DNA of 47,436 bases. It comes from Asterionella formosa. Taxonomy: Eukaryota. Every line of letters starts with the position of its first letter. The first letter of the stretch is position 1. A program made the position numbers and the translations under genes. This document shows, piece by piece, positions 9,971-20,474 of the stretch. Where the stretch lies: contig NKIB01014113.1 of assembly GCA_002256025.1 (NCBI GenBank), positions 1 to 47,436 on the forward strand, in the 5' to 3' direction. The notes beneath the pieces were generated by a model, which ran no database searches, had not been told where the DNA came from, and saw only the letters and a program-made list of their open reading frames with translations.

Positions 9971-12900
9971 ATGCCTCAACACACTCCAGCGCTCAGCACC
10001 ATTGGCCAACCCCGACGTCACCGGGCCTCCTCGTGTGGATCCATCAGTGGCGATGTTGCTGTCCTCAAGAAGCAACCTACAAGTGCAAAAACAACAACAA
10101 CTACATCATCAGCAGCAGCAGAACTGATGCAGATCCTACTGCAGCTTCGAGACGCCAATGGCGACACCATCCTCCATTCGCTCAGTTCCAACGACAAGCA
10201 ATGGTTGGGGCTTTCGAGTGCACTGCTGAACCGTGCCGCTGAATTGGACACTGCAGTGTACAAGCAGTGGACCACAGCCCCTGACACTGAATCGGGGTAC
10301 ACTCCCTTGCATCGGGCTGTCTTTAGTGGAAATCTAGCTGCCCTACTATTGTTGTTGCGAGGACCGGAACAGAGGCTGCTGCAACGACCCATGGACTTGT
10401 TCAACAACGAAACACCAACTGATGCAGAGGGGTTAACCCCACTAGCATTGCTCGGACGACTCGCGAGAAGGAACTTGCGCAAATGTCGAGAATCGTTGCG
10501 AACGCCTATTACTGTTACTATTCCTGCCGTAACTACTGCAGTGACGAACAACCGAAAATTTGATAAATTCATGCAAGACAATGATGAATTTGCCGATCTA
10601 TCGGATGCCATGGCTCAGAATGGAGTCGTTGTCGAATTGACAGATGACGAGATGCCATCACCTCAACATCAACAATATCAACCACCACCAAGCTACGCTT
10701 GCGAAGTACTTACCTTTGGTCGAGCTCATCATTGCGCTTTAGGGGTATCCAACGCCAGTACAACAGCAATCAAATCACGACCTTGTCGAGTCACAGAATT
10801 CGCCTTGTCCGAACGACGATGCTCCCTAGCCAGTGCTGTCATGGTTGCAGCTGCCGCATATCATAGTCTCGTCGTGACGAAAAATGGGCATTTATATGCA
10901 TTTGGATGGAACAAGAATGGAAGACTTGGGACTGGCAATGAGCGACATGTACCACTCCCCGTGAGAATTAGTGGAGGTGGCCTAAACAAGAAATTAGTTA
11001 CGTTTGTAGCAGCTGCAGAGAATCATTCGCTTGCCGTGACTACTGATGGGATGGTATATGGATGGGGGTCGAATAGATTTGGACAATTGGGAAAAGCGAC
11101 TGAGGCGACACGAATATTGCCAAAACGTGTGGACGACTTGAAGAATTGTGTGGCAGTGGCAGCGGGGGATAAGCATTCTGTCGCTCTGACAAATGATGGA
11201 CAAGTCTACACCTGGGGAGACAATGCCTCGGGACAGCTGGGATGCCTGCAAAAGGGGGGTGGCGTGCAGCGGGTAGAAGCCATGTGGAAGTGCCAACCAA
11301 GGAAAGTAGCAATCGCTATTGCCGCATCGGACCATTCAACTTTAGTCTTATGTTGTCCTTCTGGAGCTGGACTGCGAGTTAATTCTGTCTATGCCTGGGG
11401 TCACGGAAATCACCTACCCAGTAAAGTGAATTTTGATACAAAACAGAGGGGATCCTCAAATTATCGCCAAAATGTCAATCCGATTGCCATTACATCTGCC
11501 AAGTTTCACTCTGCCGTCGTTACCGACGATGGCTGTGTCTACTGCTGGGGACTGCATGCTGAATCCCTAGGTATGCCTAAGAATCAGTCACATTCATCGC
11601 CCCAACTTGTCACTGGGATGTTGCCACAAAATGGTGGTGGGATTGCTGTGGCCGTATCGGCGTCGGAACATCATACAGCAGTGGTGACAGATGAAGGTCA
11701 TCTGTTCACTTGGGGAGCTCATACACAACAAAATGTTTTGGGGCATGAGGGAGTTAGGTTTCAACCAACACCCAAGCAAGTTCCAGGGGTCTATAGGGCT
11801 GTAGGAGTGGCATCTGCAAAAGAGCACACCATTTTGCTCGTAGGAACATCCTTTCCATACATTCCATGCGGCAGGTTGACATTGGAGAACATGGCCGCGA
11901 GAAAGGTTGCCGAGCACGTAGACATGTTCAACGTGGTTCCAATTTTCATCATGGCAGAAAGGACTCATTGCTCATTGCTATCCGAGTATTGCAGATATTT
12001 TGTGAAATGGAATTTAGATGGAGTCTTGAACATGGGACGCAAGAGCGAAATGAACGTTTTCTTGAACGAGCAACTCGCCGAATCGAAATTATGCATGAGT
12101 CGTGACATGAGTGTACATCCACTGGTGTACGACCTAATGACTGCCGGAGACAACCGAACCACGTGGATGGAAGGATGTGATGCTGTTTTAGCCAACCTGC
12201 CAATATCTATGCGAGTTCGGTATCGTGACAGAAAAGTTAGGGAAAGCCGAACTCGAGCATTATCCTTTCATCAGCAAAAAGAACATGACGATAGGTTGGA
12301 CACCTACTTACAGACCGGCTTTCAGGGATGTTCCGATGGTTGCTTGATTCTAACGGGAAATATGGCAAACCTTGTGACTCATGATGAAATTCGCTCCAAG
12401 TATTACTGTCTCTCCAAGGAGGTAAGAGGGATTCGGAAACGGTTGATGCAGATTGCGAAGTTACGGATCAAGGAGACTCTTACCCCTGTTGAACGAGATA
12501 AACTCGCACGAAAGCCCTTGTTGGAAGCTGATGTTGCGATGTTGGAACGAGCTCTGGAACAGGTAAATCGGCTCATGGCAGAGCGAAACATGGTTCCTAA
12601 CAAGGAAGTTTTGACTGATGTTTCCCAACGGGAAATTTCCGAGACAAAGATTGTAGACACCGCAGAGCTGGTCAACAACGATGAACCAACACCACTCCAA
12701 TACCATTGCCAACTTTGCGGAGTCAGCTGCCCAGACGCAAATCACCTTGATCTGCACACGAACGGAAGGAAACACCGAAATCGAGTGCTGCAGGGGCAAG
12801 AAGCAGAACAGAACGCAGTCGCTGCCGACATGATGGAAGCGAAACGGAAACAAACGTTCAAGTCACATTTCAAAGAGACTCTTGTATCAGGAAACGCAAA

Positions 12901-13819
12901 ATCCAGCCCTTGGGGTAAGTCAAGCATCGAACCTCGATACTCTCTTCCGCCACCACCTCTGGGAGTTGGTCCAGCAATGGCGCTTAACTCAGGAATAATT
13001 GGAATAATTACTCCCAACACGGAATCCTTCAAGCAATCCAGCATTGCTTCTACTGACTTTCGTTCCATTTTGGCCGAGGAAGAAAAGAAGAAAGCATCAA
13101 CCCCAAAGGCTAAACTATTGCTGAACCCCAAGAAACAAATGCTGTTGAGCCCTGGTTCTTTTCCATCACTCCAGAATGCTCCCTGGATTGTTGCGCCCCC
13201 CACAGCTCGAGAAACCCCTACTACTCCCATTGGCCAAATGAGGAATGTGTTGCTGGGGGAATTCTTGTCGCCGTCAGTGCCGAAGCCTGTAATTAAAAAA
13301 ATCATTGCTGCGCCTTGGTCTGCTTCTCCAATTGTGGTACCTCCTCTCGTGCTGGCACCGTCACCTGGTCAGGTAAAGTCCCTGCGGCAAATCCAGCAGG
13401 AAGAACAAGAGTTTCAAATTCGCAACAAAGCAAAGAATGAGTTGAAGGAGGGAAAATGGTACATTCAGCGTTCCGAACGACCCGGATCGTTCTCTGCTAT
13501 CCAGGAAGCAGATGCCAGAGAACGAGAAATGGCTCTGTTGATTGAGGAGCAGAAACATATCGAAGAGCAGATCGCTTTGGAGAACTCTATGAAGCAGCAC
13601 GATGTCACAAGCAAGAACAGCAAGAAACGTGCCAACGCCAAAGGGAAAAAGCAAACCGGTGACAACCATATGACTCAAGCAGGAACGAAGCCAGCCGCTA
13701 CCTCGCGACGGAACAAAAGCAACGAGAAGCGATGTGAAAACGCGTTGACACCACTACCGACAAAGCCAGCTCCTTCGGATTCAACTAAAAGCCGTCATGC
13801 AGTTGGTCATCAATCATGA
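9971..13819 (+). CDS. Ankyrin + RCC1-repeat protein of the IBTK/Btb1-like family, with BACK-like helices and a U1/C2H2-type zinc finger
   Basis: First ATG is 9971 (1282 aa). Ankyrin: ESGYTPLHRAVFSGNL and DAEGLTPLALL. RCC1 blades: AAAYHSLVVTKNGHLYAFGWNKNGRLG, AAGDKHSVALTNDGQVYTWGDNASGQLG and others. BACK-like: NVVPIFIMAERTHCSLLSEYCRYFVKWNLDGVL. Zn finger: CQLCGVSCPDANHLDLHTNGRKH. C-terminal KSLRQIQQEEQ motif typical of IBTK-like proteins. Confidence 0.9.
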   Translation: MPQHTPALSTIGQPRRHRASSCGSISGDVAVLKKQPTSAKTTTTTSSAAAELMQILLQLRDANGDTILHSLSSNDKQWLGLSSALLNRAAELDTAVYKQWTTAPDTESGYTPLHRAVFSGNLAALLLLLRGPEQRLLQRPMDLFNNETPTDAEGLTPLALLGRLARRNLRKCRESLRTPITVTIPAVTTAVTNNRKFDKFMQDNDEFADLSDAMAQNGVVVELTDDEMPSPQHQQYQPPPSYACEVLTFGRAHHCALGVSNASTTAIKSRPCRVTEFALSERRCSLASAVMVAAAAYHSLVVTKNGHLYAFGWNKNGRLGTGNERHVPLPVRISGGGLNKKLVTFVAAAENHSLAVTTDGMVYGWGSNRFGQLGKATEATRILPKRVDDLKNCVAVAAGDKHSVALTNDGQVYTWGDNASGQLGCLQKGGGVQRVEAMWKCQPRKVAIAIAASDHSTLVLCCPSGAGLRVNSVYAWGHGNHLPSKVNFDTKQRGSSNYRQNVNPIAITSAKFHSAVVTDDGCVYCWGLHAESLGMPKNQSHSSPQLVTGMLPQNGGGIAVAVSASEHHTAVVTDEGHLFTWGAHTQQNVLGHEGVRFQPTPKQVPGVYRAVGVASAKEHTILLVGTSFPYIPCGRLTLENMAARKVAEHVDMFNVVPIFIMAERTHCSLLSEYCRYFVKWNLDGVLNMGRKSEMNVFLNEQLAESKLCMSRDMSVHPLVYDLMTAGDNRTTWMEGCDAVLANLPISMRVRYRDRKVRESRTRALSFHQQKEHDDRLDTYLQTGFQGCSDGCLILTGNMANLVTHDEIRSKYYCLSKEVRGIRKRLMQIAKLRIKETLTPVERDKLARKPLLEADVAMLERALEQVNRLMAERNMVPNKEVLTDVSQREISETKIVDTAELVNNDEPTPLQYHCQLCGVSCPDANHLDLHTNGRKHRNRVLQGQEAEQNAVAADMMEAKRKQTFKSHFKETLVSGNAKSSPWGKSSIEPRYSLPPPPLGVGPAMALNSGIIGIITPNTESFKQSSIASTDFRSILAEEEKKKASTPKAKLLLNPKKQMLLSPGSFPSLQNAPWIVAPPTARETPTTPIGQMRNVLLGEFLSPSVPKPVIKKIIAAPWSASPIVVPPLVLAPSPGQVKSLRQIQQEEQEFQIRNKAKNELKEGKWYIQRSERPGSFSAIQEADAREREMALLIEEQKHIEEQIALENSMKQHDVTSKNSKKRANAKGKKQTGDNHMTQAGTKPAATSRRNKSNEKRCENALTPLPTKPAPSDSTKSRHAVGHQS

Positions 13820-14059
13820 TTTAAGCAACCTTTTTCTTGTCTCGCCAAACTGCTGTCTCTTCTCATTGAACAGACATAAACATATTTGAGAATAGTTCAC
13901 TAATAAACGCTTTTGTTTTTAATGCATTATTTAAATCGGAGAGGAACTTTTTGTGGATCAGTGGAATATAACACGAACCTAACAATATAGTAAATGCTCA
14001 AGTCAACATGTACCAGTTCTGGCTCGTGCCATTATATCTGCTCTCAAATGAATCCAATT

Positions 14060-14500
14060 CAAGATGCAACTTCTTCACGGAATCGGAGTAATTTCAAAAA
14101 CGCAATATGTTGTCATGCGCTTCTTCACTGTTTCCCCTTGTTGTCCAAATTTGCGTTTCAAGAGAGGTGGGAATCCCAGAGCAAGTCTTTAAGTGATACT
14201 CAATGCCTGGTATATGCTTGTAGGGCGAGTCATTATAGCCACATTCAAATACCTCATTACCATCGCATAGACGACAACAGAAGCGTGGAGAATCTATGGG
14301 AGATCTCATGATCACCATTGGCGAATACAGAAGCATTTCATACTCTGAAGCAAAGTTGAAATCAGCCTCGGAATTCCACCAGCTCAATGCTCGAATGATG
14401 CCATCCAAAAGAAACCTTCATTTTCTAAGCGGAATTCCTCCTGTGAGGGGGAGTAGCTGACAAGTGGAGCTCGGAGGAGCGTTCTTCATGGGCTTGACCG
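14060..14500 (-). pseudogene. Disrupted paralog of the 15243-15947 gene
   Basis: Aligns to ~15290-15710. It has an in-frame TAG just before KMKVSFGW, a 1-bp insertion (GGAATTCCACC vs GGAATCCACC, ~14374) and a further frameshift near 14100. Confidence 0.8.
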
Positions 14501-14920
14501 ACGGACAAAAATGGCACATTTTCGCTCAATTAATTGGCCTTCAGTAGAGAGCTACTGAAAGCTAGTAGTAGATTACCGGACAATCGTCCGGCATAATGCC
14601 GTCAAGGTGGTCTAAACTGTAACTTGAACAGAAGATCACTAGCTTCACCGTGTTCGTCTTGTTGAACAACAGGTTGATCATTTTATCAATACCGATTGTC
14701 CGGTGGAGGTACACAGAATGCTGGTACCAGGTACTTTGTCCGGTAGAACTGAACTGATGATGCAAGAGCGAAGTATTCGATATACTGGACTTCACATACG
14801 GCTGACAAACGGAACAAAGAACACTAATATATTTGTCTGAGTCTTCTCGTTTCTGCTTCTACTTTCTACGTTTGAACGGAATGACTGACGGGCACCACTT
14901 AGATCTTGAGAAGCCGTTCC

Positions 14921-14970
14921 TTAGACGATTCTGCCTCAAGACAATTCTCCCTTTAGACGATTCTGCCTCA
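14921..14970. repeat. 18-bp direct repeat TTAGACGATTCTGCCTCA x2
   Basis: Exact copies at 14921-14938 and 14953-14970. Confidence 0.9.
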
Positions 14971-15242
14971 GCAAGTTGAGACTACATACCGGTATTATGC
15001 ATCAGGCCTATTACACCATTAGTATTACTCCAAACAAAGGGGTACAGTACAAACCGGTATACAGGAAATATGGAATTATAACAAAGAGTTTGCCCTTGTC
15101 GGTGATGTGTTCAAGTGAGCAGTTCTAAACTAGGCAAACCGCATGTCAAAGATTGCCGAAATGCCGTTATCAGTGAAAAGTATGTACGATCGATAAGTCT
15201 TGCTGAGCCCACTCAACAAGGAAAGACAGGTAAACTTCTTGT

Positions 15243-15947
15243 TTACGACTTTGACGAGATTGCTTCATAGTAGCTGCGATGTTCCATCATTCGCTTCCTG
15301 AGAAGCCCTGAATAAACGATATTACCCTTTCTGTCGCTGTTTCCCTGCCTCTTCGAAACTTGATGTTTGAGCCAGTTCGGGCTTCCGGCGCAAGAAGTCA
15401 AGTGTTTCTCTATACCTGGCACATGATTGGAGGCAGAGTCATCACAGCCACATTCAAACACCTCATTGCCGTCGCATAGACGACAACCGAAGCGCGGAGA
15501 ATCTATGGGAGATCTCATGATCACCATTTGCGAAAACAGAAGCATTTCATACTCTGAAGCAAAGTTGAAATCAGCCTCGGAATCCACCAGCTCAATGCTC
15601 GAAGGATGCCATCCAAACGAAACCTTCTTTTTCTTGGCTGAACGAGGCAGTTCCTCCTCAGAGAGAGGAGCTGACGAGACCAGCTCTGACGAGCTTTCAT
15701 GCACTCGAACGAGGACATGAGGCTTCGCGGCGACGTCAAGCTGTGCTTGCTTCGTCAGACCATTCGTCGGACAATTCGCATGTCGAATCCGACTTCTGGA
15801 CGATTGAGAACTTGGAGTAGTTCGTACTCCTCGTCGAGAGGCTTCAGAGAGTTCTATGAACTGCTGAAGCATTCTTGGAACAGCGTCACCCCATTCGATG
15901 GATTCTCCAATCAAGGGGAGGAGGACGGGCAGTTTCTTTTTAGCCAT
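15243..15947 (-). CDS. Hypothetical 234-aa protein with putative CxxC...HxxxC zinc-binding motif and a KKKKVSF (RVxF-like) motif
   Basis: Intact ORF with CRLC...KHLTSC. Coding status is supported by codon-wise conservation with the adjacent paralog (NHVPGIEKHLTSC vs KHIPGIEYHLKTC). Confidence 0.7.
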   Translation of the reverse strand: MAKKKLPVLLPLIGESIEWGDAVPRMLQQFIELSEASRRGVRTTPSSQSSRSRIRHANCPTNGLTKQAQLDVAAKPHVLVRVHESSSELVSSAPLSEEELPRSAKKKKVSFGWHPSSIELVDSEADFNFASEYEMLLFSQMVIMRSPIDSPRFGCRLCDGNEVFECGCDDSASNHVPGIEKHLTSCAGSPNWLKHQVSKRQGNSDRKGNIVYSGLLRKRMMEHRSYYEAISSKS

Positions 15948-18280
15948 GTTGAATCCGTCTCGAAACTGTTTTTTATGAGCGACTGAGCGATAGTCGATGC
16001 TGTAGATGCTCGTTCAAAAAGAAAAAAAAAGCTCGTCGTTTGCGTTTGGGACGTAAATCGATCTTCTGTTTGAAGTACCACGTAAAATGGACATGTCTTA
16101 GCTGCATACGAAGCAAGAAAAGAATATATTGAATTCCACGTATGCCAGGCTTTCAGGTTCACTTCCACTGACACATGTAGTTGTCGTTATCTTTATATAT
16201 CATACAGCAATTGAATTTTCTATTCTGGACAATGACCTTGACGAGGTCTATGTATTGCATTGTACTTGGTACCAGGTACCATGTGTAGAGGGAACCACCC
16301 CGGCATGCAAGGGTAACACTGACACCAAGAGCGGAGACCGGTACGGGAAATCCTAACTTCTAGTACATACTTTTATATGTCTATCGTCCACAGACCTCGC
16401 AGTAGAAATTCTGAAACTTATGCATTTTAAATAAGAACTGCACAGCCGTATGATGTAAAATACATATGTACGATCAATAAATGAATTTTTGTATGTAATA
16501 AACGACTTGTTGCATGTTCAACCTCTTCATGCAATGAAACTGTGACTGAAGGGATAAGGGCAATAGATATATCAATATATATCTTGGCGAAAATACAGGA
16601 AGTTGCCAAATATCGCTCCATATAACGGAAGTTTAATTTCCCACAACCCCGGCATGTCAAATAACGTCTGTTACTGGTGCTGTACTACGTATGGTTTCAT
16701 CTCGCTACAAACAAATGAATGACCAAATTATCTCGTTGCCTGATTAGAATATTGATGGGTGAAGTACATCATAGGTATCATACTGGTACTATGATCCAAA
16801 TGCTTCCATTAAGAATGGATGGAAAGAGCACGAAGCCATATTGATCCTGTACACGAAAGTTCATTGTCTCGTTAAATAGGAGGAGTTTCCTCACTGACAG
16901 GATGGTGCTCAGAAGGTGAATAGAACAGTGCAGTGATTGGAGAAACCCTTTGCAAATCAAGGGCTGTAATTTGTTACATGCCAAGTTCCTACCAAATCTA
17001 CCCATCCATCCATGAAGTCAATACATATGTCATGCAAAGACTAAATAGCCTCATCCAAAGACAACCTGGATCATCCAAAACCACTTAACTTTCTCCATCA
17101 ACTGGTTTTCCTTCATCTTTGTCTCTGATTTATTGGGACAACAATTTAGTTCCAATTTTTGTTGGAGGGTTAATCTGTTTTATAAATTCCAAAGTCAATT
17201 TAGTTACAATTGGTTATCTCGAGTTGAGTTTAAAAAGAAATTGGTTTGAGTAAGGTTTTGTTGGATTGAGGGTTGTGGTGGATGTTGACATATGGTGCTG
17301 CATAGCATTAGTACCTATAAATCAGACTATGTAAATAGCTATAATTAACCAAAAATATCCAACAACATTAACTATATCCACAAGCTCTACTAAAGTAGAT
17401 GCCAAATAACTTGATACTTAGAATGTAGACAGAAGAATTATGCTTCATTTTGTTCGTCAACCATTTATAAAATATCTAACAATGCCGGTATGTAGATTCA
17501 TGTATACTGAAAACCGGTAATACTACCACCTCTACTACTACATGGTACTTGAACAAGGGTTCGTGGTACTAGAGCTGTGGTACTCTATTACGGTATTGCA
17601 TCTGGTTTCCTGTTCTTTGTACTCCTTACCCAGGAGCGCCTGGGACCTGGGAGTACAAAGGTACGTACCAGTACAGACAAGTGTTTGTGGAAAAGGATAC
17701 CTGATTGTACCTGTACTATAAACCTACTACAGGTACCAGGTACCAAGGTAGCATAGACCAAGCTGAGTCGAATACGTGATTGTTGTGGAATGTATTCGTG
17801 AACAAAGGCATTACCCCGGTATTCGACAACCACGTGTACAAGAACATCACTTAAGACAACGAACGATTCTCGAAGCCATGTCCTCCAGGAAGCAATAGGC
17901 GTACCCGGTAGTATCCAAGGAGGATCCCGGACTTTAATAGGGCGGACACAAATGGTTTTCTCAGTTCCGCATCTCCCAACAACAGCACATATAACCGGTA
18001 TGCATCGACCAACGATTCTAGCAGCGCTTAGCGCAGTCACCGATTATGTAATAATGCAATCACGAGCAGATAAAATATGCAATACCGGTAATTCAAAATA
18101 AGCTACCAGGGTAACATTTATGCCGGGATATGATTTCAAGCGTATGATATATGTATAGCCATTGAAAGAAAATACATATATGATAAAGAGCCTTTAGTAA
18201 TTTTGCCTCATATTTCTGTTTGTTTTCATCGGGCATGCAAAAACAATCCAAAGCATTGTCAAAGAATTGATCTCATCACC

Positions 18281-20191
18281 ATGCAACTAACTACGCCACT
18301 GTTGATCTTGGCATCGCTGTGCGAGTATGTAATTGCCTATCCGTTTGGTGCTGGTGGCTGTACCGTTGGAAATACTGCGGTCCAAGGCCCTCATTTAACT
18401 AGAAGTGTTACAACTGGATCGCTTGAAGCCGGAGGTTTCACAGTCACCCTTGATAACGCTATCGGCCTTGTTGCGGATCAAGAAAGTGCCTTTACCGTGG
18501 GGAAAGCCAATGCCTTAACCATTACCGGTACAAAGCCTTTTAAGGGATTTCTCCTCAGACTCGGCGAGACTGGAGGAGTCGTGACAGACATGGCCCTGTC
18601 GGGTACTGGCCCTGATATTCAGGCAGCTATGGTTTGTACTGGTATTGAAGGCGTTGGCGGAGTGACACACACTTCGAACAGCGATAAAACCACCATTTCT
18701 CCAACTCTCAAACTTGACACTGTTGCCTCCGCCTTGCCATTGGATGTGACTATTGTCGTTTCCAATTCAGGAACCGTGAGCGAGTACTACTACTCTCGCT
18801 TCTTGTTGAATGCAGTACTACCCGGGTCTCTTCCTGTTGTGCCCGTGACATCTGCTCCTGTTCAGACTAGTACTCCAACTCCTGCACCTGTTTTACCAGT
18901 GACTCCAGCTCCTGTGCAGACTAGTATTCCAACTCCTGCACCTGTTCTACCAGTGACTCCAGCTCCTGTGCAGACTAGTACTCCAACTCCAGCACCTGTT
19001 GTCCCAGTGACTCCAGCTCCTGTGCAGACTAGTACTCCAGCACCTGTTGTTCCAGTGACTCCTGCACCTGTTGTTCCAGTGACTCCTGCACCAGTTATAC
19101 CAGTGGCTCCTGCTCCTATGCAAGCTAGGGCTTCAACTAATGCACCTGTTGTACCGGTGACTCCTGCACCTATCGTACCATTGCTTCCTACTCCATTACA
19201 GACTGAACTTGCTCATATAGTACTATTGATTCCTCCTCCACTACAGACTGATTCTCCAAAGCCCGCTCCTGTGGTACTATTGATTCCTCCTCCATTAGAG
19301 ACTGACTCTCCAAAGCCTCCTCCTGTGGTACCATTGACTCCTGCTCCGCTACAGACTGACTGTCCAAAACCTGTTCCTGTGGTATCATTGATTCCTCCTC
19401 CATCAGAGATCGATTCTCCAAGGCCTCCTCCTGTGGTACCATTGACTCCTGCTCCGCTACAGACTGACTCTCCAAACCCTGATCCAGTAAAAATGAACCT
19501 CCCTACAATCAAGCCAAGAGTCCCTTTCACTCCAAGTCCAGTGACGAGCAAGCCTTCTAGGGATCCTGATGTCAAGGATACTCCACATTGGACTCCTTCC
19601 CCTGCTCCCATCCCAGTCGTGCGTGTGCCTATTGTTAGTACTTTAGGAAAGAGCTGTCAGGATGATCCGGACTATAGGTTCATACCGGAAGGCTCGACCA
19701 TTGAACGAGGTTGCTTCTGGTTGAGCAAGAGACCGAGTCAGCAAGTTAATTACTGCGACATTACAACATATGATCAAATCGCGATTGCGTGCGAAGAGAC
19801 CTGTAAGCTTTGCTCGGAGACTTGTTGCGACAACAATGACGTCATTCTTGACTTCACCTTCGAAGGCGAATCCTATCGCAAGGACTGTGCTTTTGTCCGA
19901 AAGCATACTGTAATTCAGGGGAAATATTGCCGTAAAGGTTCTCTGGCGTACACAGAATGCAAGGAGACATGTAATAATTGTGGTACCACAAAGATTTGTC
20001 GTGATTCTGAAGTGTTTTCTTTTGTTACCAATGGCATCACGACCACTAGAACCTGCAGGTGGTTGACCAAGCAAGACTACAATTTGTTACGTAGTCTTTG
20101 CCAGTCCGACCCATCGCCCGAATCTGCAGCTGAGCAATGTTCTAATACTTGCGGAATGTGCAACTGCGACGCAAGTGCATCGAATTTCTAA
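18281..20191 (+). CDS. Secreted Reeler-domain / Pro-Thr-rich stalk / 3x ShK-like six-Cys protein (paralog 1, 636 aa)
   Basis: ATG 18281 gives the signal peptide MQLTTPLLILASLCEYVIA. Reeler-like motifs are YPFGAGGC, H, FKGFLLR and GVTHTSNSDK. A PVTPAPV-type stalk follows, then three C-x-D...C-x-W/F...C...C-x2-TC-x2-C modules. Confidence 0.9.
   Translation: MQLTTPLLILASLCEYVIAYPFGAGGCTVGNTAVQGPHLTRSVTTGSLEAGGFTVTLDNAIGLVADQESAFTVGKANALTITGTKPFKGFLLRLGETGGVVTDMALSGTGPDIQAAMVCTGIEGVGGVTHTSNSDKTTISPTLKLDTVASALPLDVTIVVSNSGTVSEYYYSRFLLNAVLPGSLPVVPVTSAPVQTSTPTPAPVLPVTPAPVQTSIPTPAPVLPVTPAPVQTSTPTPAPVVPVTPAPVQTSTPAPVVPVTPAPVVPVTPAPVIPVAPAPMQARASTNAPVVPVTPAPIVPLLPTPLQTELAHIVLLIPPPLQTDSPKPAPVVLLIPPPLETDSPKPPPVVPLTPAPLQTDCPKPVPVVSLIPPPSEIDSPRPPPVVPLTPAPLQTDSPNPDPVKMNLPTIKPRVPFTPSPVTSKPSRDPDVKDTPHWTPSPAPIPVVRVPIVSTLGKSCQDDPDYRFIPEGSTIERGCFWLSKRPSQQVNYCDITTYDQIAIACEETCKLCSETCCDNNDVILDFTFEGESYRKDCAFVRKHTVIQGKYCRKGSLAYTECKETCNNCGTTKICRDSEVFSFVTNGITTTRTCRWLTKQDYNLLRSLCQSDPSPESAAEQCSNTCGMCNCDASASNF
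18835..19480 (+). repeat. Intragenic 54-bp (18-aa) tandem repeats encoding the Pro/Thr stalk, two sub-arrays
   Basis: TSTPTPAPVLPVTPAPVQ-type units, then LQTDSPKPAPVVLLIPPP-type units. Confidence 0.85.
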
Positions 20192-20474
20192 TTAAACAAG
20201 ATCGACACACACACACACACTCTCTCTCACTTCATCACAACTATCTTTTCTTCAGGACTTGAGTGTGCTCCATGATGTCGACTTTCGCACCTACGCTTGG
20301 TGCGTTGTAAGTTGCACCAGATTACTCGTGAGGGCTGTTCCAGGTTGGCTGCGGTCATGACGGTCATGTTGATTGTTGAGGCATAAACATAAATAACATG
20401 AATTGAATAGTCAAGGGTTGTACTCTTGTAATGTAAGTCGATACTGACTGGACAAGCTTTCAAGTCTGCTGTAG

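Noticed and set aside
16780..17300. Minus-strand coding-like remnant (MSTSTTTLNPTKP...)
   Set aside because: Multiple stops and no motif I can recognise; it may be TE debris but cannot be assigned.
17588..18040. 150-aa minus-strand ORF
   Set aside because: Non-ATG start; it runs through GTAC-rich intergenic palindromes and has no protein-like features.
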